A stretch of DNA of 63,428 nucleotides, filler included, from Chiloscyllium plagiosum (taxonomy: Eukaryota): NCBI RefSeq assembly GCF_004010195.1. It is 4 parts of one record of this genome, joined end to end, with 100 filler letters (N's around TTAATTAATTAA, not from the genome) between each part and the next. Parts side by side here need not be neighbours in the genome. Positions count along the whole stretch, not along the records: positions 1 to 19,504 come from NC_057710.1; positions 19,605 to 37,224 come from NC_057710.1; 2 more parts are not named here. One strand, 5' to 3'. Shown piece after piece: positions 11,160-23,205 of the stretch. The notes under the pieces were generated by a model. It had not been told where the DNA came from, did no database searches, and worked only from the letters and a program-made list of their open reading frames with translations. Made by a program: the position numbers and the translations under genes. Position 1 is the stretch's first letter. The number at the start of each line of letters is the position of its first letter.

Positions 11160-11880
11160 AAGTCTACTTTGAGGATATAACCAGTAGAAAAGATGGACAG
11201 GAATCATTGGATGTGGTTTTCTTGGATTTTCAGAAGGTTTTCAACAAAATCCTACATTAGAGATTACAGTGTAATATTAAAACGCATGGGAATGGGGGCA
11301 GTGTATTGAAATAGATAGAAAAAAATTGGATGACAGATAGCAAACAAAGTCTAGGAATACTTTTTCCGATTGACAACCAGTGACTAGTGAGGTACCACAG
11401 GGATCAGCTTTTGGGCCTCAGCTATCCACAACATTTATTAATGATGTAAATGAGAGAACCAAATGTAATATCTCCAAAGGATGCAAAATTGGGTGGGAGG
11501 TTGAACTGTGTGGAGGATGCAGAGATGTTTCAGTGTGATTTGGACAAATTGAGCAAGTGGGCATGACAGATGCAGTATAATGTGTATAAATATGAGGTCA
11601 TCTATTTTGGTAGCTAAAACAGAAAGGCAGATTATTAAACACTGAAGAATTGCAGATGCTGTTCTGTGGAAGGGTCTCCAGATCCAAAACAGTAACTTTG
11701 ATTTCTCTTCATAGATGCTGCCAGACCTGCTGAGATTTTCCAGCAACTTCTGTATTTGAAGCAGATTATTATCTGGATGGCAACACATTGGGAAGGAGGG
11801 AGGTGTAACGAGACTGGGTTCCAAAGAGTATGAGGAGAAAGCAGAGACAGGACTGAATGGCCAGCTCCCATTTTCTACAT
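11160..11880 (+). mobile_element. Older CR1 RT fragment
   Basis: ttggattttcagaaggttttcaacaaa (LDFQKxFxK) and gtgactagtgaggtaccacagggatca (VTSxVPQGS). Confidence 0.7.
11638..11760 (+). mobile_element. Short Penelope-derived insertion with 11-bp TSD
   Basis: GCAGATTATTA at 11627-11637 and 11761-11771 flanks a pLTR fragment carrying a degenerate hammerhead. Confidence 0.7.
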
Positions 11881-12799
11881 TTTTATCATCTCAGTGTCTA
11901 CCTTAACAAGTCCGGTATTGTTTTGCGTTGTTCAAATGGTCTCCCTACATTTAAGTAGCTACCACAATCTGAATATAAGGGAAGCTTTTAAATTGATATT
12001 TATGATGTATGATACTTGTTTACTCTTGAATTATTTCAGGAAAACAATACATGATGCAAATCTGATTATATCTGTATCCTGTAGCAACTAACTATCCCCT
12101 GTGATTCATTAAAGACAACCCTTCACTCCCAGGAGTTCAAACTCTTTCTTGCAGCTAATGAGCAGATATTTATCCACTTTCAATATCCCCCAAACCCTAT
12201 GGCATATCTACATGAGTAATTCCACCCATTTCGTTAAATAAAATTAACTAAAAAATATCTATGGGCGAAAGTTGACAATGTGGATGAATACCTGGATAGA
12301 TACTGGTTTAATTAGAATCTGGCCCTTAAATTCATTTTTATTTATCATTCCTACTATTTCACAACTCATTATTCTACAGGAACAGGTGTGACTAATGCAA
12401 AACAAAGAAGCATTATTGAAGAGATTAATTCTGACCGTACGTGAATTGAATTATGGTTGGCATTCCTCCCATCTGAGAGAATGCAGCAACTTGCAGGAAA
12501 ACAACCATCTCATTGTACAGCTCCTCTCAGGTAGAACAGCTCAGAGCACCGGTGTGGGGAAGAGAAAGGGGGAAGGGGTGAAAGGACAGAGAGCTGCTGG
12601 AGGAGATAAGGTTCATTCTCAAGTGCCCGAAAGCATAAACCAAGCGAAAAGGCTTCAGCAGTGAACCGTCAAAGGGAACAAGGTTTAACAACTGAGAGAT
12701 GGGCGCCTGTGGCCTAATGAGACATGGAGCAAAGATAATCATGACTCAGCAAAATCCAATAGGAAATACAACGATAAGACCTTTATTGGTCAAAAAAAA

Positions 12800-14875
12800 T
12801 CTACCTTAGCTTTAGAAACATTTACTGAAGTAGCTTCAATATTTCACTGGGATAGGGAATTCCATAGATTAACAACCCTCTAGGTGAAGAATTTCCTTCT
12901 CAATTCAGTCCTAAATCTGCTACCTCTAACCTTGAGGCTATGCCCTCTTGTCCTAGCTTCACCTGCCAGTGGAAACATTCTCTCGACTTCTATCTTATCT
13001 ATTCCCTTCATAATTTTATATGTTTCTAAAAGATCCCCTCTCAATCTTCTGAATTCCAATTTTTACATTCCTAATCTACTCAGTGTTTCCTCATAAGCCA
13101 ATCCCCTCAACTCCGGAATCAGCCTAGTGAACCTCCTCTGCGCCCCCTCCAGTGCAGTACATCCTTTCTCAAGTAAGGACACCAAAACAGCACACAGTGT
13201 GTGGCCTCACCAGCACCTTGCACAGCTGTAACATTACCTTTCTGTTTTTAAACTCAACCCCTTTAGCAATGTAGGACAAAATTCCATTTGTTTTCCTAAG
13301 TATTTGTTGTACCTGCAGACCAACCATCTGTGATTCATGCACAAGGACACCCAGGTCTCTCTGCATAGCAGCATGCTACAACTTTTTACTGTTACTCCCA
13401 CCAAAACGTATGACTTCACTTTTATTAACATTGTATTCCATCTGCCAGACATTAGCCCACTCAATGTATCTATGTTCCTCTGCAAAGTTTCACTGTCCTC
13501 TGCACACTTGGCTCTGCCACTCAGTGTCATCGGCAAACGTTGACACCCTACACTTGGTGCCAAACTCCAAATCATTTGCATAAATTGCGAATAATTGCAG
13601 TTCCGACACAGATCCCTGACACACACAACTAGTAACTGATTACCAGCCAGAATAACACTCATTTATCCCCACTCTTTGCTTCCTGTTAGTCAGCCAATCC
13701 TCTATCCATGCTGATACTCTACCCCATGCACCATGCATCCTTATCTTATGCAACAGCCTCCTGTGCAGCACCTTGTTGAAGGCCTTTTGGAAATCTAGGT
13801 CCACCACATCCACTGGGTCCCCATTGTCCACTTTGCTTGAAATTTCTTCATAGAATTCCAAAAGATTGGTGAAGCATGACCTGCCCTTCATGAGCCCATG
13901 CTGCATCTGCCCAATGGGACAACTTCTATCGGGATGCCCTACTACTTCTTCCTTGATAATAGACTCAAGCATCTTCCCCACTACAGAGGTTAAGCTAACC
14001 GGTCTATAATTCCCCATCTTTTGTCTACCTCCCTTTTTAAACAGTGGTGTCACATTTGCTGTTTTCCAATCTGCTGGGACTGCCCCAGCAGTGAATTTTG
14101 GAAAATTACTGCCAGTGTACTTACCATTTCTCCCGCCATCTCTTTTAGCATCCCTGGGATGCATTCCATCAGGGCCAGGAGACGTGTCTATCCTTAGCTC
14201 CATTAGCTTGCCTAACACTAGCTCTTCCGTAATAATCACTGTAAAGAATGATAGAAAATACCTGTCCAATGCCTCGGCCATTTCATCATATCCCATTACT
14301 GAGCTCCCTTTCTTATCCTCTAGAGGACCAATGTTTACTTTAGCCGGTCTTTTTTATTTTATATATTTATAGAAACTTTTGCTATCTGTCTTTATATTCC
14401 GTGCTAGTTTTTTCTCATACTCTATCTTACTTTTCTTTATAGCTCTTTTTAGTGGCTTTCTGTTGACATTTAAGGTTATCTCAATCTTCAAGTTTCCTGC
14501 TGATCTGTATGCCTTCTCTTTCACTTTGATAGCCTCCTTTATTTCCTTAGACACCCATGGCAGATTTTCCCTTTTCTTACAGTCCTTCCTCTTCACTGGA
14601 ATATATTTTTGCTGAGCACTTTGAAAAATTGCTTTGAAAGTCCTTGACTGCTCATCAACTGTCCCACCATAAAATCTGTTTCCAGTCTACTTTAGCCAAG
14701 TCCTCCCTTATTTTATTGTGGTCTCCTTTTTTTAATCGTAGGACCCTGGTATTGGATTTTATCTTTATACTCTCCGTCTCTATTGTAAATTCAACCATAC
14801 TGTGATCGCTCCTTCCAAGAGGATCCCTAGCTATGAGGTTGTTAATTATTCCTGTCTCATTACACAGGACCAGAT
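12800..14875 (-). mobile_element. CR1 LINE ORF2 (RT) remnant
   Basis: SPGPDGMHPR, VPADWKTANVTPLFKKG, NYRPVSLTSVVGKMLE, LDFQKAFNKV and WLTNRKQRVGIN in ORF 13640-14296 and neighbouring frames. Confidence 0.92.
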
Positions 14876-14998
14876 TGAGTCAGAGATAGACTATTGTTTA
14901 GTAAGAGGATCAAGTGTCACAGAGAGAAGGCAGGGAAGTGGGGTTGAGAAACATACCAGCCATGATCGAATCGCAAAACAGACTGGATGGACCAAATG

Positions 14999-15218
14999 CT
15001 GAAAATGTGTTGCTGGAAAAGCGCAGCAGGTCAGGCAGCATCCAGGGAACAGGAGAATCGACGTTTCGGCCATAAGCCCTTCTTCAGGAAGCCCTTATTC
15101 GGGCTTATGCCCGAAACGTCGATTCTCCTGTTCCCTGGATGCTGCCTGACCTGCTGCGCTTTACCAGCAACACATTTTTAGCTCTGATCTCCAGCATCTG
15201 CAGCCCTCACTTTCTCCC
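14999..15218. mobile_element. Inverted-repeat Penelope mini-element with 16-bp TSD
   Basis: Minus pLTR at 14999-15090 and plus pLTR at 15101-15218; TSD CTGGATGGACCAAATG at 14983-14998 and 15219-15234; hammerhead core on the minus strand at 15060-15087. Confidence 0.85.
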
Positions 15219-15269
15219 CTGGATGGACCAAATGGCCTAATTCTGCTCCTATTTCTCATGGTCTTTATG

Positions 15270-15910
15270 ATACAGTTTGGTAGAAAAAGTGTGGAGAGAC
15301 ATTATAGAACAAAAGGTGCAACTCTAAAGTGCGGGCAGAAACAGAGCGATCTATGTGCATAAGTCATTAAATATGGTAGGTAATTTTGAGAGAGAAGTCA
15401 ATAAGGCACACCACATTCCAAGGCTTTGTTACATAATGCAATGGTATTACCAAATTTAGGCATTGCTAAAAGGAGACAGGATGCTGAAACATTTTTCCTT
15501 ACCCTAATTAGGACCAGGACACAAGAAATAAATTTGATCAAAATGGATGCATTTGAGATTCTTAAGGGACTTGACAGGGTAAATGCTGAGAGGAGGTTTC
15601 CCCTCATAGTATAGTCTGGGAACAGCGAGCAAGTCTCAGAGTTACAGGGCACCAGTTTAAAACTGAAATGAGAAGGAACTTCTTTTCTCAGAGAATTGTG
15701 AGTCTTTGGAATTCCTATCATAGAGAGGCATGGGGAGTGTCCTTGTGAATATTTAAGGCTGGAATAGATTCTTGATGAGGAGAATCATGGGATAAAGAAA
15801 CAGGACAGGAAACTACACCTGAGGAATGTCAGGTCTTATTGAATGGTGGAGCAGGTTTGAAGGGCTGAATGACCTATTTCTGTTCTTATTTATTATAATC
15901 TCATGGTCTA
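15270..15910 (+). mobile_element. CR1 3' fragment
   Basis: FEILKGLDRVNAERRFPL and CR1 3' UTR. Confidence 0.7.
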
Positions 15911-16707
15911 AACAGTATGAAAAAGGAATATTGATTGGTTGGACCATTGTTAGCATGGAGAAGAAATATAGTTAACTGTCAATCTTAGTTCTCAGACTCT
16001 GATTGGTCCAATCAGCAACCTTTTCTCATGTCGCAGGGCAGGTGATGTGTTGCTGCTGCAGTATGTGGAAACTGCTAGACATCAATGTGATCAACGGCAG
16101 ATGCAGGTATAGTAGGTGTTTGCAGCTCAAAGAACTTTGGATCCAAGTTGAAGATCTTGAGTCTGAGCTGCAGATATTCCTCTACATCAGCAAATGGTAA
16201 CATTATCTGTATAATTTGTTCCAGAGGATAGTCACGCCCTTCAGACAAGGTCATTCAGAACTGGTCTGTGGGTGTGCCTGCCAGTGAAGCAGATATGAGG
16301 ACCCTCAAAGGAGGGGGTGGGGGGTGGCAATTGTGGAGCCTTGACCCCCCCAGGATTTATGAGGTTCTTGCAGACTTTGCAGAAGACAGTGGGGTCTGCT
16401 GGGAGAATGAGTAAACTGGTTGTGGTACTTTGGTATAGGCAGCTATTCAAATGGGAAGAGGGTGTAGGAATGTAATTGGGACTGTGGACAGTACAATTAA
16501 GGGACAGATATTGTTCACTGCAAACTGGAGTGAGAATCCTGCAGGTGCATTACCTGCCTGGTGCCAAAAAAAGGAAATCTCTTCGGGGGTGGGGAAGAAC
16601 TTAGAGAGAGAGGGGAGGGATCCTACAGCCATCATCCATGTTGGTACCAATGACATTGACAAGACTAGAAAGGTGATTTTGATAAAGGGTTTTGAGCATA
16701 GCTTCAG

Positions 16708-17158
16708 AGACTGATAGAGTCAAACAGCATGGAAACAGACCCTTTGGTCTAACCAGTCCATCCTGACCATCATCCCAAACCAAACTAGTCCCACCTACCT
16801 GCACTTGGCCCATATCCCTCCAAACTTTATTGTTCATGTACTTAACTAAATATGTTTTAAATGTTGTAATTGTACCCATATCCACCACTTTCTCTGGAAG
16901 TTCATTTCCACCCATAAACTACTCTCTGTGTGAAAAGATTGCCCCTCATGTTTTTATACATCTTCCTCCTCTCACCTTAAAAATTTGCCCCCTCGACTTG
17001 AAATCCCCCATGCTAGAGAATAGCCATCTGCCATTCAGTTTATCTATACCCCTCATGATTTTATAACCTTGCATTAAAGGTCACCCCTCAACCTCTTACA
17101 TTCCTGTGAAGAAGGTCCTGGCCTGTCTAATCTCTCCCCATAACTCAAACCCTCCATT
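16708..17158 (-). mobile_element. CR1 3' end nested inside the CR1 ORF1 region
   Basis: NELPEKVVDMGTITTFKTYL in the minus frame; interrupts the esterase region. Confidence 0.8.
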
Positions 17159-18084
17159 CAGTTAGGAGTTAGGAGAAAAATTGAAAAACAGAAACTCAAA
17201 AGTAATAAATTTTGAATTATCATCTGAGCCATTTGCAAACCAGCATGGGATTTAAAAAAAGTCAGGCAAGGTCATCGAGGAGTGAAACGCGTTGCTCAAG
17301 GAGTGGTATTGTTGGGATGGGTTTCAGTTCATGGAACCGTGACAACAGCATTGGGGTGAAAGGGAGCTGTTCCATGGGAATTGGCTTCTCTTGAATCACC
17401 CCAAGACCAGTTCCTGATGAATTGAATAATTACGGTTGTAAAGCAGACTTTAAATAATTAGAGGGTGGAACATTTGACCAAGAGGAAACATAGACTTACA
17501 AAGGATAGGATGTGGTAGCTTTATGGGGGACTTGGTTGGATTATGATACCCGGAATGGGACAGGAATGAATAGAGTGTACAAACATAGAAAAAGAACAAT
17601 AAATAGGATCAAAGGGGGAAAACGTGCTAAAAAGGCAAAATTAATGGCTCTTTACTCATTATGCAGATAGGAACTGGAACAAAATGGCTGAATTTTCAGC
17701 ACAAACACAGATAAATGGGTAACCATTATAACCATTAAGGAGATGGTTACAAGGAGATCAAAGCTGGGAACAAAATATTCAGGGGTATATGACCTTCCAA
17801 AAGCTCAGGCAAGAAGAAAAGGGTAGTAATTACAGTAGCAAGAAATTATCTTGAATGATTAGAGCACTTATGGATTTAGGTAAGACAAAAAATGTAGAAG
17901 AAGAAACTGGTATAAGTAATCTATAGGCCACCTAACAGTTGGTCCACAATGGGTCAGAGACTAAATCAGGATATAATGAAGCTGTGTAACTCAGGAAGCC
18001 ATTAATCATGGTTGACTTTATCTTCATGTAGATTGGGATCATCAGGTTGACAGAGGTAGCCATGACAAACAATTCATAGCGTGT

Positions 18085-18203
18085 CAAGATTAGAGTGGTG
18101 TTGGAAAAGCACGTCAGGTCAGGCAGCATCCCAGAAGCAGGAAAATCGACATTTTGGGCAGGGGCCCTTCATCAGGAAGCATCTGCAGTCCTCACTTTTG
18201 CCT
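18085..18203. mobile_element. Penelope mini-element with 14-bp TSD
   Basis: AATTCATAGCGTGT (18071-18084) and AATTCATATCGTGT (18204-18217); minus pLTR joined to a short plus 3' end. Confidence 0.75.
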
Positions 18204-19159
18204 AATTCATATCGTGTATTTGGGGCATTTTCCAGCACAATATGTTGTGGATCCAAGCAGAGATCAGACTATTTTGGATCTGGTGATGCGCAATGAGGCA
18301 AATTTAATAAATGGTGTCGGAGTAAATGATTCTTGAGAAAACAGTGATCACACAGTAGAATTTAGCATTCAGTTAAAAAGGGAGGAACTCGGGTAATTAC
18401 AAATGAAAGAGGGGAGAGTTAGTTGGAGTGGACTGGGAAAAGGGTTTAGCAGCAAAGACAGTTGAGAAACAATGGCAGACATTTAAGAAAATAGTCCATG
18501 GCTCACAACCAAGATATCCTGGCGAAAAAGAAGGATTCTTGAAAGGGGATAAGCCAACCATGGTTAACCAGGAAAATTAAGGATAACATCAAATTGAAAG
18601 AAAGAAATACACAATATGGCAAAGATCAGTGGCAAGCGAGTGGATTGGGAAAGTTCTGAAAGCCAACAAAAATGAAATAAAAAATAATATGAGGGAGAAA
18701 ATAAAATTTGATGTTAAAGTTGTAAGTTATAGCAAGATAAACTGCAACAGCTTATTTAAATTAATAAAAAAGGAAGAGAAAAACCAAAGTGGACACAGGT
18801 TCTTTAGAGAGTGAGTCTTGGGAAATAATAATGGAAGTGGCAGAGGAGTTGAATAAATACTTCACTTCAGTTTTCACAGTTGAAGATACTAATAGTATTC
18901 CAAAATTACTTAATATTCAAGGGATGAAAGGAGGAGAAGAAATAATTACAATAATTAATGAAAATGTGCCAGGTAAACTAATGGGACTAAAGTTCGATAA
19001 GTATCATGGATATGAAGGGATGAGGTTAAGATATAAAAGGAAGTAGCTACAGAGATAACGGATGCACTGGTAGCAATCCATCAGGAATGCTTAGATTCTA
19101 GAAAAGTACCAGAGGATTGGAAAACTGACAATATTATACCTTTACTTAAAAAGGAGATA

Positions 19160-19875
19160 TCTTGCTGAGATATTTGTACCATCGATTGTCACAGGTGAGG
19201 AGCCGGAAGACTGGAGATTGGCTAACGTGGTGCCACTATTTAAGAAGGGTGGTAAGGACAAGCCAGGGAACTATAGACCAATGAGCCTGACGTCAGTGGT
19301 GGGAAAGTTGTTGGAGGGAATCCTGAGGAACAGGATGTAATCTATTTGGAAAGACAAGGACTGATTAGGGATAGTCAACATGGCTTTGTGCGTGGGAAAT
19401 CATGTCTCACAAACTTGATTGAGTTTTTTGAAGAAGTAACAAAGAGGATTGATGAGGGCAGAGTGGTAGATGTGATCTATATGGACTTCAGTAAGGCATT
19501 CGACNNNNNNNNNNNNNNNNNNNNNNNNNNNNNNNNNNNNNNNNNNNNTTAATTAATTAANNNNNNNNNNNNNNNNNNNNNNNNNNNNNNNNNNNNNNNN
19601 NNNNGAGAGGGGAAAGATATAAAAGAGACCTAAGGGGCAATTTTTTCACGCAGAGGGTGGTACGTGTATGGAATGAGCTGCCAGAGGATGTGGTGAAGGC
19701 TGGTACAATTGCAACATTTAAGAGGCATTTGGATGGGTATATGAATAGGAGGGGTTTGGAGGGATATGGGCCGGGTGCTGGCAGGTGGAACTAGATTGGA
19801 TTGGGATATCTGGTCGGCGTGGACAGGTTGGACTGAACGGTCTGCTTCCATGCTGTACATCTCAATGTCTCTATG
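19160..19875 (+). mobile_element. Young CR1 RT to 3' end, spanning a gap
   Basis: QHGFVRGKSCLTNLIEFFEEVT...YMDFSKAFD before the gap; 3' end of the same family after the gap. Confidence 0.9.
19505..19603. other. Assembly gap with artificial TTAATTAATTAA linker
   Basis: N-run, TTAATTAATTAA at 19549-19560, N-run. Confidence 0.95.
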
Positions 19876-21182
19876 ACAGTGATTTCCACCTTACTTGTGA
19901 TGCTAGTTTGTGGCACTGGTTGACTGGGCACAGGTCTCGTGTTCTGTTCTATTGACTGAAGTTCATCTTCTCACTGAAACCTACAGAACAGTGAGAGGCC
20001 TGGATAATGTGGACGTGGAAAAGGTATTTCCACAGCAGAAGAGACTAGGACCTGAGGGGTCAACCCTTTAGAACTGAGATGATGAGGGATTTCTTCAGCC
20101 AGAGGGTAGTGACTCTGTGGAACTCATTGCCACAGAGGGCAGTGGAGGCCAAGTCATTAAGTGTATTTAGAATGGAGATAGATAGCAAGGGGATCAAGAA
20201 TTGCAGGAAGAAGACCAAGAATGGGTTGAGAAACACATATCTCCACCTCTGACGCTCCCAGCCTCATTCCTGATGGCATCAATGTGGATTTCACCAGCTT
20301 CCTCATTTCCCCTCCTGCACCTCCCCCCCCCCCCCCCCCCCTCCCCACCCCCACCTTATCTCAGTTCTAACAAATGGCTTTCTCCTGCATTGTAACAATT
20401 ACTTTACTAAGTCCCATAGATCTGTACAAAGATAAGGCCATTTATGCATCTGCTGAATCCATGGAATGTCACTTCCTAATGATTAACAATCGTCTCAAAT
20501 GAGCCACAAACTGACTTTGGTGCATTAACTGACTCTCGGATTCTGTGAGTGCACATAAACAATACAAGCCACCAGCCTTTTCTTTTCCATCGTACATTAT
20601 GAGCAGGAGAGTGACAGACTGCTTGGGCTCGGATGCACCAGAATGACTCAGTGGTTAGGGTGCGGAACAGAGAGAGTCCAGGGGCATGGTGAACTGGAAG
20701 AGAGATCAAAGGGAGGAGAGAGTGTGAGGTCAGTGGTGCAGAGCAACGGAGAGGGGAGGGGTCTAGTGTTTGGCGGAGTCAGTCACGGTAAGAAAATAAG
20801 GGTCCACTGGCTGATTGACTTCTTATAAGGCTTTGAATTGACCAACATTTCAATTGCCTCCACTAGGCATGATCTCAAGCAATGTCCTTTACACGGTATA
20901 GAAGAGAGGCCATCCAAAGCCATGCAACAGAGAGTGGTGGTGTCCGACATTGAACAACAACATGAACACTCTATAAAGAGTGTTCAAAACAAAACAGACC
21001 ATTGTTTCTTATTCACCAAAGGAAATGTTCCTTCCTCCTCTGTAATCTTTCATGAGGTGTGCCAGAACATTGTGCTCTCTGATTAAGCTGGTCTCAGAAA
21101 TAGTATTGGGCAGGGAAGTTGTGGCCCAATGATGAAGAGCCTTCAGGAAGCTTTTTAGTAATATATCCTTCATTGTTTTATC

Positions 21183-21300
21183 AGGGGAGGTGATGGTCTA
21201 TTGCCAATATCACTGGACTGTTAATCCAGAGATTTATGTTCTGGGTTCAAATCCTGTCATGGTAGATGGTGCAATTTGAATTCGATGGTAATGTGGAATT
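21183..21300 (+). mobile_element. tRNA-derived SINE head (SacSINE1/Deu-like family)
   Basis: GGGAGGTGATGG...GGACTGTTAATCCAGAG...GGTTCAAATCC; same family as 22868-23205. Confidence 0.55.
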
Positions 21301-21304
21301 GTGA

Positions 21305-22320
21305 GTACTCCAGCTGTGGCCTAACTAAAATCCTTTTGTGCTCCAAGATAACCTCCCTGCTCTAATAACCTATGCCTTGATTGATAAAGGCAAGTGTCCC
21401 ATACGCCTTCTTAATGATTCTATTAACCTGATCTGCTACCTTCCAGGATCCATGGACAAGCATCCTGAAGATCTCTCTGTTCATCTGAGCTTCCTGGTAT
21501 CCTGCTGGTCATTGACTACTCCCCTGTCTTGTTTCTTCTTTCAAATCACTTCACATTTATCAGGATAGGATTCCATCTGGCACTGACGTGTCCATCTGTC
21601 TAATCCGTCTTTATCGTCTTGTAATTTAAGACCTTGTTCCTCACTGTTAACCACCCAACAATCTTCATGTCATCCACACTTATCATAAAGCCCCACATTC
21701 TCTTCAGTATCGTTTATATACATCACAAATAATAAGGGACCCAGCACTGGCCCCTAGAATACATCATGGGACACCATGCTTCAGTCACATAAACAGCCTT
21801 CTACCCTTTGTCTCTTACCACTACTGTTGTATTCCCCAGTTTGCCAAGTCACCTTGAATCCTATGTGCTTTTGAGACATTGTCAAAGGCTTTGCTAAAAT
21901 ATACATGAGTTATATCAACTGCGCTGCCCTCAGATTTCACCTGATGAAAGAACAGCCCTTTGAAAGCTTGTGATTTCAAATAAACCTGTTGGACTATAAC
22001 CTGGTGTTATGTGACTTCTGACTTTGTCCACCCCAGTCCAACACTCGCACCTCCACATCATGGCTACCCTTATCTACATGCTGGTCACCTCCTCAGAAAA
22101 TTCAATCAAATTTGTTTGGCATGACAAAGCCACGCTGTCAAACCCTGATCAAACCTTCCTCTTCAAGTGAAAATTAATTCCCCTTTGTAATTTTCTCCAA
22201 TTGTTTCCCCACCAATGATGTAAGACTAACTGGTCTGTAATCCCCTGGTTTATCTTTATCATCCTCCTTGTAAAATGGAACTGCATTCATTGTCCTCCAG
22301 TCTCTCCCCTCTGGCCAGAG
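21305..22320 (-). mobile_element. Old CR1 RT fragment
   Basis: Reverse complement contains DFSKAFD-like (ttgtcaaaggctttgctaaaat) and GNYRPVSLTS (gtaagactaactggtctgtaat) text. Confidence 0.7.
21932..22062 (+). mobile_element. Second Penelope-like family terminal repeat with hammerhead motif
   Basis: TCAC-CTGATGA-(decayed stem II)-GAAA-GCTT-GTGA at 21937-21973, then AATAAACCTGTTGGACTATAACCTGGTG; inserted into a CR1. Confidence 0.65.
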
Positions 22321-22322
22321 AA

Positions 22323-22655
22323 TCATAGAATCCCTCCAGTGCAGAAGGAAGCCATTCAGCGCATCAAGTCTTCACCACCTCTCCAAAAACCATCTCACCC
22401 AGACCCACCCCCTACTCTATCCCTGTAACCCTGCAGTTCCCATGGATAATCCACATAGCCTGTACATCCCTGGACACTACAGATAATTTGAGTGATGCCA
22501 ATCCACATACCCTGCACACCTTTGGATTGTGGGAGGAAACCAGATCACCCAGAGGAAATGTACACAGACACGGGAAGAATGTGCAAACTCCACACAGACT
22601 GTTGCCCGAGGCTGGAATCAAACCCGGGTCCCTGGCCACACTGAGACATCGTGGC
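22323..22655 (-). mobile_element. HE1 SINE
   Basis: Homologous to other HE1 copies. Confidence 0.8.
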
Positions 22656-22867
22656 ACTCCCTAAACATTTGGGCAGAGCCCCTGTAATTTCCTCTCATGT
22701 CTACCACTGAAGCCTGGGATATAACTCATCTGGGACCTGGGGATTTCTCCACTTTGAAGCTCATCAAAGCTTCCAATGCTTCCTCACTGTCCCTGTCAAA
22801 CTGCTCAAGATCCTCACAATCCCTCTTCTCCAACTCTGTATCTCCATTCTCCTTCTGGGTAAAGACA

Positions 22868-23205
22868 GTTTTTTAATTCATTGGATGAGGGCGTCACTGG
22901 CTAGACCAGTGTTAATTACCCATTCCTAATTGCCCAGAGGGCTGTTAAGAGTCAACCACATTGCTGTGGGTCAGGAGTCACATGTAGACCAGACCAGGTA
23001 AGGATGGCCGTTGCCTTCCCTAAAGGACATTAGTAAACCAGATGGGGCTTTCCAACAATTAACAATGGATTCATAGTCATCATTAGACTCTTAATTCCAG
23101 ATAGAATTAGAATAATCCCATGGTGGAATTCGAACTCAGGTCCCTGGAACATTACCAGGGTCTCTGGATTAACAATCCAGCGATAATGCCATTAGGCTAT
23201 TGTTT
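22868..23205 (-). mobile_element. tRNA-derived SINE sharing its 3' tail with the CR1/L2-type LINE
   Basis: Head at 23100-23205 like 21183-21300; tail (ggcgtcactggctagaccagt) matches the LINE tails at 4750, 59870 and 61680. Confidence 0.65.

Larger units (their letters stand above)
16035..19150 (+). mobile_element. Old, long CR1 LINE (ORF1 zinc finger/esterase into ORF2)
   Basis: QVMCCCCSMW...CSRC-like text and LQLKELWIQVEDLESEL; IIHVGTNDI (SGNH esterase); endonuclease-like ILDLVM; AEELNKYFTSVFTVED; VPEDWK. Confidence 0.8.

Noticed and set aside
13640..14296. Long ORFs (also 37273-37947, 44792-45400, 10494-11009) as host genes
   Set aside because: All are frameshifted CR1 ORF1/ORF2 fragments.
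19549..19560. TTAATTAATTAA motif (also 37269-37280, 50641-50652) as a biological element
   Set aside because: Centred in N-runs each time; an artificial six-frame-stop scaffolding linker.
20643..20793. Phase-1 exon ending CACG|GTAAGA as the gfra4 signal-peptide exon
   Set aside because: The peptide is Gly/Glu-rich and hydrophilic, not a signal peptide.
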